Below are positions 30,027-40,766 of a stretch of 64,000 nucleotides of DNA, in pieces. Under the pieces are notes generated by a model. It made no database searches, had not been told where the DNA came from, and was given only the letters and a program-made list of their open reading frames with translations. Where the stretch lies: positions 800,001-864,000 of the forward strand of contig CBDCNP010000002.1 of the NCBI GenBank assembly GCA_965219415.1, written 5' to 3'. How positions within the stretch are numbered: the first letter of the stretch is position 1; each line of letters starts with the position of its first letter. Position numbers and translations under genes: made by a program. This DNA is from Candidatus Marinacidobacterales bacterium (GTDB taxonomy: Bacteria > Acidobacteriota > Vicinamibacteria > Marinacidobacterales > DATDRI01).

Positions 30027-30096
30027 CCCTCTCCCCGCTGGGAGAGCTTGGAGTGTATTCCCTCTCCCCTTCAGGGGGAGAGGGTAGGGTGAGGGG
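30027..30096. repeat. REP-like palindromic repeats
   Basis: CCCTCTCCCCGCTGGGAGAG and CCCTCTCCCCTTCAGGGGGAGAGGGTAGGGTGAGGGG. Confidence 0.6.
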
Positions 30097-30162
30097 TTCT
30101 CCTTCTGCTATAATTCACATCTTTCGGAGCCCTCTCCGGGCAGCCGAAGACCCACCCAAGTT

Positions 30163-30247
30163 GCCGAAGTGGTGGAACTGGCAGACACGTGCGCTTGAGG
30201 GGCGTATGGGGCGACCCGTGGGGGTTCGAATCCCCCCTTCGGCACCA
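30163..30247 (+). tRNA. tRNA-Leu(GAG)
   Basis: GCCGAAG...CTTCGGC-ACCA acceptor stem, anticodon loop TTGAGGG, long variable arm, GGTTCGAATCC T-arm. Confidence 0.97.
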
Positions 30248-30416
30248 AGTTTCGGTTTTCTCTTATGACTCAACGAGTTGCGCGAAGCCGTTGTTAGTGA
30301 TTGCTAACGATTTGCTAACGGCGACGTTCAGATCTGCGTGTGCTTTACAAGAGAACTTTTTTCACCTAGATCGTTAACCCACTCAGAAGATAAAATATTC
30401 ACTAGAGGTTAGGGCG

Positions 30417-30650
30417 ATGGCCGACGCGTTCGACGTGCTTGACGCACCGATGTACTCTCCCGTATTCGTCGCGAGGCTTGTGGGACTCCGGCCGGAAAGA
30501 GTACGTCGCTGGTTGCGTGGGTATGAGTACACCTACGCACCATCGCCATCAACTCACGCGCAGAGAAGGAAGAAAGGGCCCGTCGTGAGTCGATCCGGTG
30601 CAGAAGGATCACGGTACGCTTCCTTTCTAGATCTGATCGACCTCCTCTTT
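30417..30650 (+). pseudogene. N-terminal fragment of an HTH/DUF433-type putative antitoxin
   Basis: 'MYSPVFVARLVGLRPERVRRWLRGY...ASFLDLIDLLF'; recognisable similarity ends abruptly after this. Confidence 0.5.
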
Positions 30651-30926
30651 TGTTCCAGTAAGTTTTTAATTGACACAGAGCAAACGATCAGATACGTAAC
30701 AGCTAAGTTTGCGCCAGTGCCACTCGCGAGCGACTCTCATCTAAAGCGCGAAAATCCGGAGGTGTGGTATGCCTTCTCCTCGGGTGTTCCGCTCATCCTT
30801 CCTAGTCCACCTTGTAATCGACAGAAGCGTGCCGGCTTCCTGTCGCTCCACCCATGCCGCGATCGCGGTCAGGAAGATTGAAAGTAACCTCGGACTTATT
30901 CAACTAAGAACAAATCTCCTCCACTG

Positions 30927-32386
30927 GGGGATGTCCCGGCCGCTGTTGAATTTGGTCGGGTAGCGGCGGCACCTGTGAATACTCTTAGGCAGCAAACTCA
31001 TCGCTGTCAAGAGATTTCTGTTTGCTTCTAAGCGCGTGAACGAAAGCGCCCATATGGCGATAGCCTTTGATACGCCGGAACTTTTTCTGCGCGGTGACGA
31101 CGCCAAGAGCGGTCCATCGGCGAACCATGGAAGGACTCTTCCAACGCTTGACGTTTCTCGATACTCTGCGAATGGTTCCGTTGAGATTCTCAATGGCGTT
31201 CGTCGTGGCAAGAGACTGGCGAAGTAAGGCGGGCAGCGCGAGCTTCACGACCGTGAGTGTCTCTTCCATCCCTTCACGAAGGCTTCCGGCAGCTTCGTCG
31301 TAGCCGTTTCGCTCGAGCCACGACACCAATGCCTGAAGTCGCTTGCGCGCCTTGTCGGCACTCTTGCACTTGTAGGCTTCCTTCATCGTCTGGAGTACGT
31401 AGGCGTGACGAGACTTGGGAAGGTACGAGCGAAGATTCCGGAGTTTATGGATCTGGCACCTTTGGATGACCGCGAGGTCCCCCAAAACGTCGACGAGTGC
31501 CTTGCGGATGCCTTTGCCTCCGTCCACTACGCAGAGAATCGACTCATCGACGCGCAAGCCCCGCTCGAGAAGGTCCTGCAACATCGCGGTGCACACCCGA
31601 GAGTTCTCCGTCGAGCCCAGCCATATACCCAGGGGCACCTTCGTTCCATCTATTGTGATACCTAGAGTTACGACGACGGTCTGTCCGGCCACCTCAAGGC
31701 CATCCAGCATCAGTGCCGCAAGCTCGAACTCCTCTAGCCGCCGAGACAGGTATTCCTCGAGCTTCTTAGTCGTCTGGCTCACGAGGTGACGGCTGGCGGC
31801 ACTCTTACTCGTGCCACGAGACTTCAACTTGGCCGCGGGTTTGTTCAGACTCGATTCGTAATTTCGGGTCGATACCCCCACCAAGATCTGATTCAACACT
31901 CGCTCTGGAAGCGGGTCTTCTTCGCGGAAGGCTTCGAAGTGTGGAAGCGACGCCTCCTCGCCCGACTTCGAGCGAACTCGAGGTCGCGACACTTGGATGC
32001 GACGACCACCGAAGCTCAGCTCTCCGTTCGTGCTCCCCCAGTGGTTATGAGTTCGCTCCTTCTCGTGCTTGCCCTTGAGCCCCGCGATCTCCTCGGCGTC
32101 CTCTCTGAGCAGTAGGTGCAGAGCTGTCAGTCCTTGCTCGTACACCCATTCCGTCAGTTCCGCCTTCGTGGCCGCGATCCCAGCTATCATCGGTAGCAGT
32201 ATCTGACCGACTTGGCCAACTACCTTGCCCGTAGGCGAGTGCGTTTGCTTTCTTACTGGCTTCTTTGATTTCCTAGGCATTGGTGGCTCCTTGTCCCCCT
32301 CTGGAGACGGTTGTTTGGCAGACCTATTCTTAGGCCGGCCAAGGAGCCGCCGCTACCCCAAATTCAACATCCGGCGGGACATCCCC
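30927..32386 (-). mobile_element. IS256-family insertion sequence with target-site duplication
   Basis: Imperfect terminal IRs GGGGATGTCCCG...TGTTGAATTTGG..GGGTAGCGGCGG / CCGCCGCTACCCCAAATTCAACA...CGGGACATCCCC; flanking direct repeat CTCCACTG (30919-30926, 32387-32394). Confidence 0.93.
30985..32280 (-). CDS. IS256 family transposase
   Basis: 'GVSTR', DDE residues in 'LMLDG', 'VVDGGKG', 'TTNAIE'; 'QRCQIHK'. Confidence 0.95.
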   Translation of the reverse strand: MPRKSKKPVRKQTHSPTGKVVGQVGQILLPMIAGIAATKAELTEWVYEQGLTALHLLLREDAEEIAGLKGKHEKERTHNHWGSTNGELSFGGRRIQVSRPRVRSKSGEEASLPHFEAFREEDPLPERVLNQILVGVSTRNYESSLNKPAAKLKSRGTSKSAASRHLVSQTTKKLEEYLSRRLEEFELAALMLDGLEVAGQTVVVTLGITIDGTKVPLGIWLGSTENSRVCTAMLQDLLERGLRVDESILCVVDGGKGIRKALVDVLGDLAVIQRCQIHKLRNLRSYLPKSRHAYVLQTMKEAYKCKSADKARKRLQALVSWLERNGYDEAAGSLREGMEETLTVVKLALPALLRQSLATTNAIENLNGTIRRVSRNVKRWKSPSMVRRWTALGVVTAQKKFRRIKGYRHMGAFVHALRSKQKSLDSDEFAA

Positions 32387-32465
32387 CTCCACTGGGTGGT
32401 TCGGCCAAAGTACCCGCCCGTGCGTTGCAAGTCGAATCTAAAGAGAAGCTACGCGTAACTAACAG

Positions 32466-33423
32466 ATGGAGGTCCCCACCAGTCGCAACGAGACCTGGGA
32501 CTATGAGGGTCGACCGCGTGCACACTACGAATATCAGTTTGCGCGCGCTAAGTTGGTCGGCCAGTTTCCGAACGAGGATACGCGCTGGAAGCGATTGCAG
32601 GACTACTACCTGAACTGCATCGCCGACTGCGATCGTCACGTGGAACGAATCCTCCGGGAACTCGACGAGCTTGGGCTAGCGGACAATACAATCGTCGTGA
32701 TGACATCGGACCACGGCGAGCTAGGCGGAGCTCATCAAATGCACGGCAAGGGAGCTACGGCGTACAAGGAGCAACTTCACGTGCCGTTATGGATGCGGCA
32801 CCCCGGCCATGCCGGCAACGCAGGAAAGGAATGCCCGGCCCTGACATCGCATCTCGATATCACGCCGACCATCCTGGGGCTCGCGGGGGTCAGCGACGAC
32901 AAGCGCAAGGCGATGGCGCCGAAACTACATGGACAAGAACCTGAGCAGTCTCCTGGCGTCGCCTGAATCTGCAAGGTCGAATGCGGTAAGGGACGGCGCG
33001 CTCTACAACTTCAACATGTGGCTGTACCAGGACGCCGACTTTATGCAGCGCGCGTTCGAGATACTAAGCGCCGGCAAAAAAGTCGCCTAGGCCGGCCTAG
33101 AACCGGACCTGAGCAAGCGCGGAGCGACACGCAGCATCACCGACAGCCGATATCGTTACAGCCGCTATTTCTCGCCGTTACAGCACAACCTGCCCGAAAC
33201 GACGGAACAGATCTTCGGTTACAACGACGTTGAGCTGTATGATCTCGAGACGGATCCGGACGAGATGCGAAACCTGGCCGTCGATAAAAGGGCAAACGGC
33301 GAACTGCTGCTCGCGATGAATCAAAGGCTGACCGATGTCATCGACGTAGAAGTTGGCAGCGATGACGGAGAATTCCTGCCGGAGAACAAGGCTGGCTGGG
33401 CGGTCACGCGTTTCGATCCCTGA
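32466..33423 (+). pseudogene. Sulfatase C-terminal fragment (N-terminus missing, frameshift and internal stop)
   Basis: 'DNTIVVMTSDHGE..GAH..HGKG', 'HVPL', shift near 32933, later 'ELYDLETDPDEMRNLA'; no catalytic CxPxR present. Confidence 0.8.
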
Positions 33424-33483
33424 CTATAAAAACCGTCCGACGAGCCACTCCGAACGCCGGAGCAACCCTCTCCCAGCTCCCTT

Positions 33484-34812
33484 TTACGTTGCTGTTCGCT
33501 TTTCGGTGCCCTCGGGTGGATAAGAAGCGTTCGGCACATAGACGGCGGTACGGTCCAAGGTTCGTATCTTCGTTGCGCGCAAACCGATCTCCTCGACGGC
33601 GCCGATCTTGTCGCCGAAACGACAGAAATCACCGACGCGGACCGGCGCGGAGCTGAATAGAGTAATCGCGCCGATCAGGTTCTCGATCGGTCTCTGCGCG
33701 GCCAGGGCAACCGCCAGACCGCCGATTCCGAGACCTGCAATCAAGGTGGTCGCCTGGAACCCGAGGTTCTCGAACCAGAGCATTACCGCGATCAGAGCAA
33801 TCAGCAGTTTGAGAACGTTGGCCGCGGGACGCATCAGCACGGCTGCTTGGGCACGACCTCTGGCCTTCAATCGGTTCGCGGTTTGCCCGTGAAAAACGTC
33901 GACCAGTCGGATCAGGACCCAAGCCACGAGGACCGTTATTAGCGTGTGGCCCTCCATCCACGCGCGCGCCGTCACTCCCGGATGGATCACATCAATCCAG
34001 CTCCGGGCCACTATGACCGCGATGAGTAGTCGAATTGGACCCGAAACGAAGCGGCGGAGGTCGTCACTGAGACGTGTTTCGCCACGTCGAAACAGCCACC
34101 CGATAAACCAGGTCGTCACCCGCGCGACCACATATCCAATGCCGAGCAACCCGACTACCATGAGCCATTGCCACGTGTGCAGACCCAGGATCTCGAACTC
34201 GGGCATGACCTTCGAGAGCCTCTCACCGATCGCACCGTAGCCGTAGATCTCGTAGAGCTCAGGGATCTTCCCGATCGTCGCGTTGGAGATCTTCCAGATG
34301 AAAGCGCCGTCTCCCCGCGGGACGCGTTGCATGTAGATGTCGACGGGCTTGCCGTCTATATCGATTCGGGCGAGGCTGTCACGGTAGTCTGGTAGACCGT
34401 CGTCGGAGACGCCCCGAGGGTCTCTGCTCACCGTATCGGCGTCGATCCAGAGCGCGCGATCGAGCACGATCTTGAACTGCCTCACGAGCTCGGGGCCACC
34501 GATCGTAAGCACCTCCTCCGATAAGTTGCGGAGGTCAAGGTACTCGGCCGCGCGCTCGTAGTCACCTTCCCGCGCGGCTTCAGCAAAACCGAGGTAACTG
34601 CTACGGGGCGTGCCTCGATCGAACTCGTCCAGAGGACCCTGGGTTGGCTGCTGAGCCTCCGCCTGATCCTCCTCCTGCTGCAGCACATCCTTGACATTGG
34701 GCTCCTGGGCGTGCGCTGGGTTGAACCCGAGCAGCAGCACGGTCGTCGACGTTACGATCGCCGCCAGAATCGGGTAGCGACACCGGGATTGGGGATGTGA
34801 CAAAAGGCTCAT
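33484..34812 (-). pseudogene. MscS-family mechanosensitive channel, C-terminally truncated
   Basis: 'GLGIGGLAVALAAQ', 'PVRVGDFC', 'VEEIGLRATKIRT..R..VYVPN', then about 14 unrelated residues and a stop; the cytoplasmic C-terminal domain is missing. Confidence 0.75.
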
Positions 34813-34928
34813 GGCATCCTCCTCCATTCTTGGGCGAGTTCCATCCGGATAGCCTTGTATGCCACTGGCTGAGCCCGTCGTTGGATCGCCAGACTCTCTC
34901 ACATGATGTGTAGTCTTGACGCTGTCCT

Positions 34929-36160
34929 TTACGGCGTGTACCAGATCGGCGAGGTATATGCCCGGTCCTGGACGATCATCCTTACCGCTTCCGGCATCTC
35001 GATGCCGAAGCGTTTAGCGTCGTAGGCGGTCCAGCGCGGGGTTGGGATCTCGAGGACCCGAACGTAGTAAAAGGCGCGCCGATCGGCATCGAATTCAGGA
35101 TCCTTCCAGTGGGCCATCAGTAATGCATCGCCGATGGAGTTCGTAAAGTCGGCGTTGGCTACATCCACAGTATTTCCGACCGGGGTTTTACAGCGGCCAT
35201 CGGATCCGATGGCGCGTCCGTCGGACACCGCAACATCATAGAGTCGCTCGCGCATTTGGCCTTCGGCATCGACCCAGCCCTTGACGATCTGGATGCGGTC
35301 GAGGTTGGCGCCGTCGGGGTCGCGCAGCGCACGGACCATGAAGGTCGGCGCCTTGTCCGCCGGAGCTTCAGTGAGGTCGCCGCCCATGGGGACCCCTCGT
35401 TTGTAGCCCTGCTTGGCGAAATCCGGGCGTTCTACTTCATCTGCCTCGAAATCCCATCCGGCAAATACGCGTACGGTGATGCGGGTGCCGGTGCTGGCGT
35501 AAACCTCCTTACGAGCCAGGGCATCGAACAAGGACTCGCGAGTATTTTCGTGTGCCCAAACACCGGCAAGGCCGGAAGCGCTCGTCTCCCATGAAACGAC
35601 TGCGGGCGTTCCGTCCGCTTTCATCACCATGCACTCTCCCAGACGCTCCGAGTGAGTTCAGGGTCTTCGAGACGGGGCTTACCAATGTCGAAATCCTTCA
35701 TCATGCTGACCACTAACAACCAGGCTTCTTCACCACCAGCCTTGTAACCTTCGACCATCTCCCGTCCGCCTTTGGTGGCCATCAGGCGGGGATCGGAATT
35801 GGCCATCAACTCAGTAAATCCAAGGTACGAAGCATGATCGGAGACCACCAGAAAATCCAGCGGTCGAATGAGTTTGGCTCTCACTCCATTGCTCGCAACG
35901 ACTTGCTCACCCAGGGCGAAACGGAACGACTCCTCCGGCCCCAGCGTGTTTCCGAACATGCCGGAATCGAAGGAATAGGACGAGTGGTGGTGTGTGTCCC
36001 CCCAGTACACCCGTTGCGGGAAATGGTCCTCGACGTAGGGTGAATATTCCTGTTCTTTCTCCCCTACATGTTCTCTTTGGGGCGTCCACTCCTGAGCAAT
36101 TACAGAATTGGGTGCGATGAAAACGAGCCACATAACAGCGGCTATTGCTATAGCTTTCAT
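34929..36160 (-). pseudogene. DUF3604 family protein with internal deletion/frameshift
   Basis: N part 'YWGDTHHHSSYSFD', 'PLDFLVVSDH'; C part '[13 protein letters not shown]', 'EVYASTGTR', '[14 protein letters not shown]', '[10 protein letters not shown]'; joined out of frame near 35627 with the middle missing. Confidence 0.75.
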
Positions 36161-36438
36161 TCTTGTCTCCGTCCTAATAGAAGATGAAATGCTCTGGTCC
36201 TCCTAGCGTATACCATACCGGTGAGGTACGCGCGTGGCATTCTCCACATCCACCGTGCTGCCCACCGCCGAGCCTAGCTCTCGAGTGTTACGTTTGGTTA
36301 CTTGTCCGGACCGAGTAGGTTTCAAAGCAACAGGGTCCAGCCTCGGCGGGAACCCGCTCAAGGCGCCCGGCTCAGCAGGAGTCCTTGCCGAGCCCGCTTT
36401 ACAACGGTGGCCCCGTAGCATAGATTCCTCGGCATAAC

Positions 36439-37848
36439 ATGAACAGAGTAACCCTTCTCATAGCGCTTCTTGGCTCATCCTTCCTCGTTCAGGTTTCGAG
36501 TGCGCAAGAGCGCTATTCGGACGTCATGTTGAACATTGGCGATGCCAATTATGGAACGTTCGATGACGGCAACCCATACGCCACGGCCAAGATGCTGAAT
36601 CACGTCCGCAGAGAGCGGTTTTACCTCATCCTGCCGAGAGTCATGCGGGAACACGAGGTCGACATGTGGATACACGTGATCCGGCCTTGGTCTTGGGGAG
36701 GGACGGACCCTCTTAGATATGAGTTCGGCAGCAAGTCCGGTGTTTTCATTCTTACCGACCGCGGCGGCGGCAGAATCGAACGGGTCGTTTTCGAGGGGGA
36801 AGTTCAAGATCCAGGCGCCTACGATATCGTGCGTGGAGAATACAGATATATTAGTCAACAAGATTACGAGCTCATGGACTACGCGATCGAAAATCCGGAT
36901 AACGATCTTGAATCAGAATTGGACCTAAGATTTCTGGGCCTCGGAGATTTTGTGGCCGAACGCGACCCCAAGCGCATCGCGGTCAACTACGTAGAAAGTC
37001 TTTCTTTTGCCGAGGGTTCGGAGACCTTTACGATGGCCCTTGGCGACGGTATTTCGTATACGGACTACGTCCAACTTAGCAAGGCTTTGGGAGACAAGTA
37101 CGCGGAGAGGATGGTCTCGGCCGAATATCTCATCTTGGACTACCTATCGCGAAGGGTCGCGAGTGAAGTCGTGCTCTATGGGTCGGCTCGCGCTTCAGGA
37201 GGACGCGGGAGACGATTCGGCAAGATCGTGCCTGGCGTGACGACACTGGGCGACATCGGGGTTCGGTCAGTCTTGAACAAGGATGGCAATCAAAGACGTG
37301 GAGAAGACTACGTGATCCGGCGAGGCGACCTCATTGGCGACTGGCAAGGAAAGGCCTACGTGCTTCGGAAAGGCGAGACGGACTTGCCGTGGTATTTCCG
37401 AAAATTCCAGGAAGACAGTCAGAAAGTTCGTGAGATCCTTCGCAAGAACATCAAGGTAGGGCTCACCGCAGGAGAAACGTGCGATCTACTCGGCCGCAAG
37501 CTGGAAGAGGCAGGTTTCATTTACACCGAATACCAGGAGTACAACAAATACGTAGACCATCCTGAAAAGACCCAGGTTCATCTCGACTTACATGGGGAAG
37601 GAAAAGGCATTCTCGCGCCCAGGATTTCGCCAATGGGGCCGAAGTGGCACTGGAACATGAAAATCCAGCTCTTCCATACGTTCGCCGTCGAGTACATGAT
37701 TTACGTACCGGTTCCCGAATGGGACAGGGGAAACAACTTCACCGGACGACAGATATATGAAGCCTACCATGATGGTGGGGTGGTAACGGGACGCGGGACG
37801 GAGATTCCATTTCCAGACCAGTCCGACGAGATAGAGATCATCCAATGA
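36439..37848 (+). CDS. Secreted M24 peptidase/creatinase-fold protein, paralogue 1
   Basis: Signal peptide; 'ILPRVMREHEVDMWI', 'ERDPKRIAVNY', 'AYVLRKGET', 'PVPEW'. Confidence 0.65.
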   Translation: MNRVTLLIALLGSSFLVQVSSAQERYSDVMLNIGDANYGTFDDGNPYATAKMLNHVRRERFYLILPRVMREHEVDMWIHVIRPWSWGGTDPLRYEFGSKSGVFILTDRGGGRIERVVFEGEVQDPGAYDIVRGEYRYISQQDYELMDYAIENPDNDLESELDLRFLGLGDFVAERDPKRIAVNYVESLSFAEGSETFTMALGDGISYTDYVQLSKALGDKYAERMVSAEYLILDYLSRRVASEVVLYGSARASGGRGRRFGKIVPGVTTLGDIGVRSVLNKDGNQRRGEDYVIRRGDLIGDWQGKAYVLRKGETDLPWYFRKFQEDSQKVREILRKNIKVGLTAGETCDLLGRKLEEAGFIYTEYQEYNKYVDHPEKTQVHLDLHGEGKGILAPRISPMGPKWHWNMKIQLFHTFAVEYMIYVPVPEWDRGNNFTGRQIYEAYHDGGVVTGRGTEIPFPDQSDEIEIIQ

Positions 37849-39077
37849 GGTTACAAGTCCTTTCGATATTCCTGTCTATACTTTTTGTTCCTCTGGGACT
37901 GCATGCCCAGCTCCCCACGCCGACCGCTTCACCGGACCTGATGCGGCTGATTCGTAGCGAGAAGTTCGAAGTGATCCTGCCTCGAGTCATGAGGGACAAC
38001 CAGATCGACATGTGGATCCATATGAAAGGAGCCGAAGATCCCCTCAACTTCGAGCTCGGCGACAGCCCGGGCGCCTACATCTTCACCGATCGCGGCGGTG
38101 ACCGAATCGAACGAGCCGTTCTGGGCGGGCGTGCCGATGAGGAGCTTTTCGACATCCTTGGCGCCGAGAGCGATCTCGCAGAGTTTGTCTCGGAACGCAA
38201 ACCCAAGCGCATCGCCGTGAACTATTCCGAGGAGAACTCAGGCCTCAGTACGATTTCCGATGCTGATCGTGCTCGACTGCTCGAGGCCTTGGGCGACACG
38301 TACAGGGAGAGAGTCGTCCCCGCCGATCGCTTAATAGCCGATTTCCTCGCGGGACGAGGGATGGCCGAAATAGCTCTCTTTGGACGGTTACTCATGACGA
38401 GCTCAGAGATCATAGACGAGGAGTTCGACAAGATCGTCCCCGGCGAGACAACACTGAAGGATATCTCAGGGAATGTCTTCGTCAGAGATCTAGATGGCAA
38501 GGAAGAAAACAATACGGACCACGTAGTCCAGTCGGGCGATCTGATCGGCATACTCCATGGTGCGAACGCGATGGATTTTCGAGAGCACAATGGGGGGATC
38601 GGCTATGTGCTTCGGGAGGGAGAGACCGGGCTACCCCCGGAGATCCGGAGCATCTGGGAACATGTGTTGAAGACCCGTGAGATCTTCCGCACCAACATCA
38701 CAGCTGGTCGGACGGGCGCGGAGATGCTCGAGACTCTCATCGGCAAACTAGAAGAAGCGGGCTATGTTTACATCGACCAAGATCAGTACGACCCGAATGC
38801 CGATCCCGAAAAAACACAGGTCCATATCGATTTTCACGGCCTGGGAAGAATCGTCTCGCAAGAAGAGGCGCCTAGGATTTCTCCTTCCGGCTGGGGGCGG
38901 GATCTGAAGATCCCGCTCTACCACACCTTCGCTCTCGAATACATGATCCACATGCCCGTGCCGGAATGGGGCCCAGGCAAGCACCTGTACATATGTCTCC
39001 ATGACGGTGCGATGGTCACCGAGCGCGGGGTAGAGTTCCCCGCTCCCCCCACCCAAGGGATCCGGATTATTCGGTGA
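37845..39077 (+). CDS. Secreted M24 peptidase/creatinase-fold protein, paralogue 2
   Basis: ATGA overlap with the previous gene; shares 'ILPRVMRDNQIDMWI', 'KTQVHIDFHG', 'LEYMIHMPVPEW'. Confidence 0.65.
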   Translation: MRLQVLSIFLSILFVPLGLHAQLPTPTASPDLMRLIRSEKFEVILPRVMRDNQIDMWIHMKGAEDPLNFELGDSPGAYIFTDRGGDRIERAVLGGRADEELFDILGAESDLAEFVSERKPKRIAVNYSEENSGLSTISDADRARLLEALGDTYRERVVPADRLIADFLAGRGMAEIALFGRLLMTSSEIIDEEFDKIVPGETTLKDISGNVFVRDLDGKEENNTDHVVQSGDLIGILHGANAMDFREHNGGIGYVLREGETGLPPEIRSIWEHVLKTREIFRTNITAGRTGAEMLETLIGKLEEAGYVYIDQDQYDPNADPEKTQVHIDFHGLGRIVSQEEAPRISPSGWGRDLKIPLYHTFALEYMIHMPVPEWGPGKHLYICLHDGAMVTERGVEFPAPPTQGIRIIR

Positions 39078-40531
39078 TGACACCCATGAAAACAGCGCCG
39101 CTCGCCCTTTCGTTTTTCGGCATGCTTTTCCTTGTTTGCGGAGCGGATGCACAATCGCGCTATCCGGAAGCGATGGTCGGCATCAGCGACGCCTACTACG
39201 CGGCGTTCGATGACGACAATCCGTACGCGACGGCGGAAATGCTGAATCACATTCGACGGGAGAAATTCGACCTCGTCTTGCCTCGTGTGATGCGGGAACG
39301 TGAGGTCGACATGTGGATTCACGTGATTCGACCCTGGACTTGGAGCGGTAATGAGTATCGTCAACTAGAAGGCCAAGGCCTGAATTACAGCAGCATCGAC
39401 AGCACCGACCCTCTTAGGTATGAATTCGGTAGCAACGCCGCGGTCCTCATCTTTACCGATCGCGGCGGCGACCGGATCGAACGGACCGTTTTCGAAGGCG
39501 AGGTGGAGGACGCCGGTGCCTTCGACATCGTCCGTGGGCAATCGCCGTTCATCAATCAAGAGAACTACGAGATCATGGATTACGTGAAGGAGAATCCGGA
39601 GAACGTGCCGGAAACGGAGATAGGTTATCGGTTCATGGGCCTCGGAGAATTCGTCGCGGAGCGTGACCCCAAGAAAATCGCTGTGAACTACGCGGAAAAG
39701 CTGTCACTCGCGGAGGGCTCGGAAACCTACACGCTGGCTCTCACCGATGGCGTTTCGTACGCAGACCATCTCCAGCTGACCAAAGCGTTGGGGGACAAAT
39801 ATGCGAAGAGGATGGTCTCGGCCGAGTACATGATCCTGGATTACCTGACCCGAAGTGTGATGGCCGAAATCGTCGTCTTTGGCGGCTCCGGCCTACCACG
39901 ACGAGCGAGAACGTTCGACGAAATCGTGCCCGGTGAAACCGTCTTAAGCGATGTAGGAAGTTGGTTTTGCACGAGAGATGCCGGACACGACGAAGAGGCG
40001 ATGAACGACTTTCCGCTCCAGAGGGGTGACATGTTCCAGCGCGGGCAAATCCCCTACTACTTGCTTCGGGACGGTGAGACCGAACCGCCTCCGGAGGTAC
40101 AAAGAAGCTGGGACGAAGTAGTGAGAGTTCGCAAGATTCTAAGCAAGAACATCAAGCCGGGGCGAACGGGGGGAGAAACCCTCGAGCTCGTCATTCGTAA
40201 ACTGGAAGAGGCGGGGTTCGTCTACATCGACCACGATACCTTTGACCCAAGCCTAGATCCTGAGAAAACACAGGTACATCTCGATCTGCACGCTGTGGGC
40301 AAGGGAGTGCTTGCCCCGAGGATTTCCCCGATGGGCCCGAAATGGCATTGGGATATGAAAATACCGCTGTTTCTGACCTTGGGTGTCGAATACATGGTGC
40401 ATATGCCTGTTCCTGAATGGGGCGAAGGGAAGCATATCTATTACTGCAGCCTCCACGAACGTGGCGTGGTCACAGAACGTGGTGTGGAGTTCGCCAAACC
40501 ACCCGTCTCGGGGATTCGTGCTATTCGCTGA
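39074..40531 (+). CDS. Secreted M24 peptidase/creatinase-fold protein, paralogue 3
   Basis: Overlaps the previous stop; closely similar to paralogue 1 ('DPLRYEFGS', 'APRISPMGPKWHW'). Confidence 0.65.
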   Translation: MMTPMKTAPLALSFFGMLFLVCGADAQSRYPEAMVGISDAYYAAFDDDNPYATAEMLNHIRREKFDLVLPRVMREREVDMWIHVIRPWTWSGNEYRQLEGQGLNYSSIDSTDPLRYEFGSNAAVLIFTDRGGDRIERTVFEGEVEDAGAFDIVRGQSPFINQENYEIMDYVKENPENVPETEIGYRFMGLGEFVAERDPKKIAVNYAEKLSLAEGSETYTLALTDGVSYADHLQLTKALGDKYAKRMVSAEYMILDYLTRSVMAEIVVFGGSGLPRRARTFDEIVPGETVLSDVGSWFCTRDAGHDEEAMNDFPLQRGDMFQRGQIPYYLLRDGETEPPPEVQRSWDEVVRVRKILSKNIKPGRTGGETLELVIRKLEEAGFVYIDHDTFDPSLDPEKTQVHLDLHAVGKGVLAPRISPMGPKWHWDMKIPLFLTLGVEYMVHMPVPEWGEGKHIYYCSLHERGVVTERGVEFAKPPVSGIRAIR

Positions 40532-40766
40532 TAGCCGTCAGGTATTTGCCCCCAGTGTGATGCGGCGTTGGCATCCGAGAAGGCTCCTGCTGCCACTGAC
40601 GCTGTCGACCACCATGTTCCAATAGGGTCTCAGGGTCGAATTCCCGATAGTGAGAAAGAAGCACGTTCACGGCCTGAAATTGATAGACTAGACGATCAGG
40701 CTCGACCCATTCGAACCGTGGGCGCGAGGCGGGCCGCGGCCCCCACGAGAATACGAGTAAAATTTG

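Noticed and set aside
36190-36435. Possible structured RNA or riboswitch upstream of the M24-like triplet
   Set aside because: No recognisable aptamer consensus or convincing terminator by eye; an Rfam/Infernal scan would be needed.
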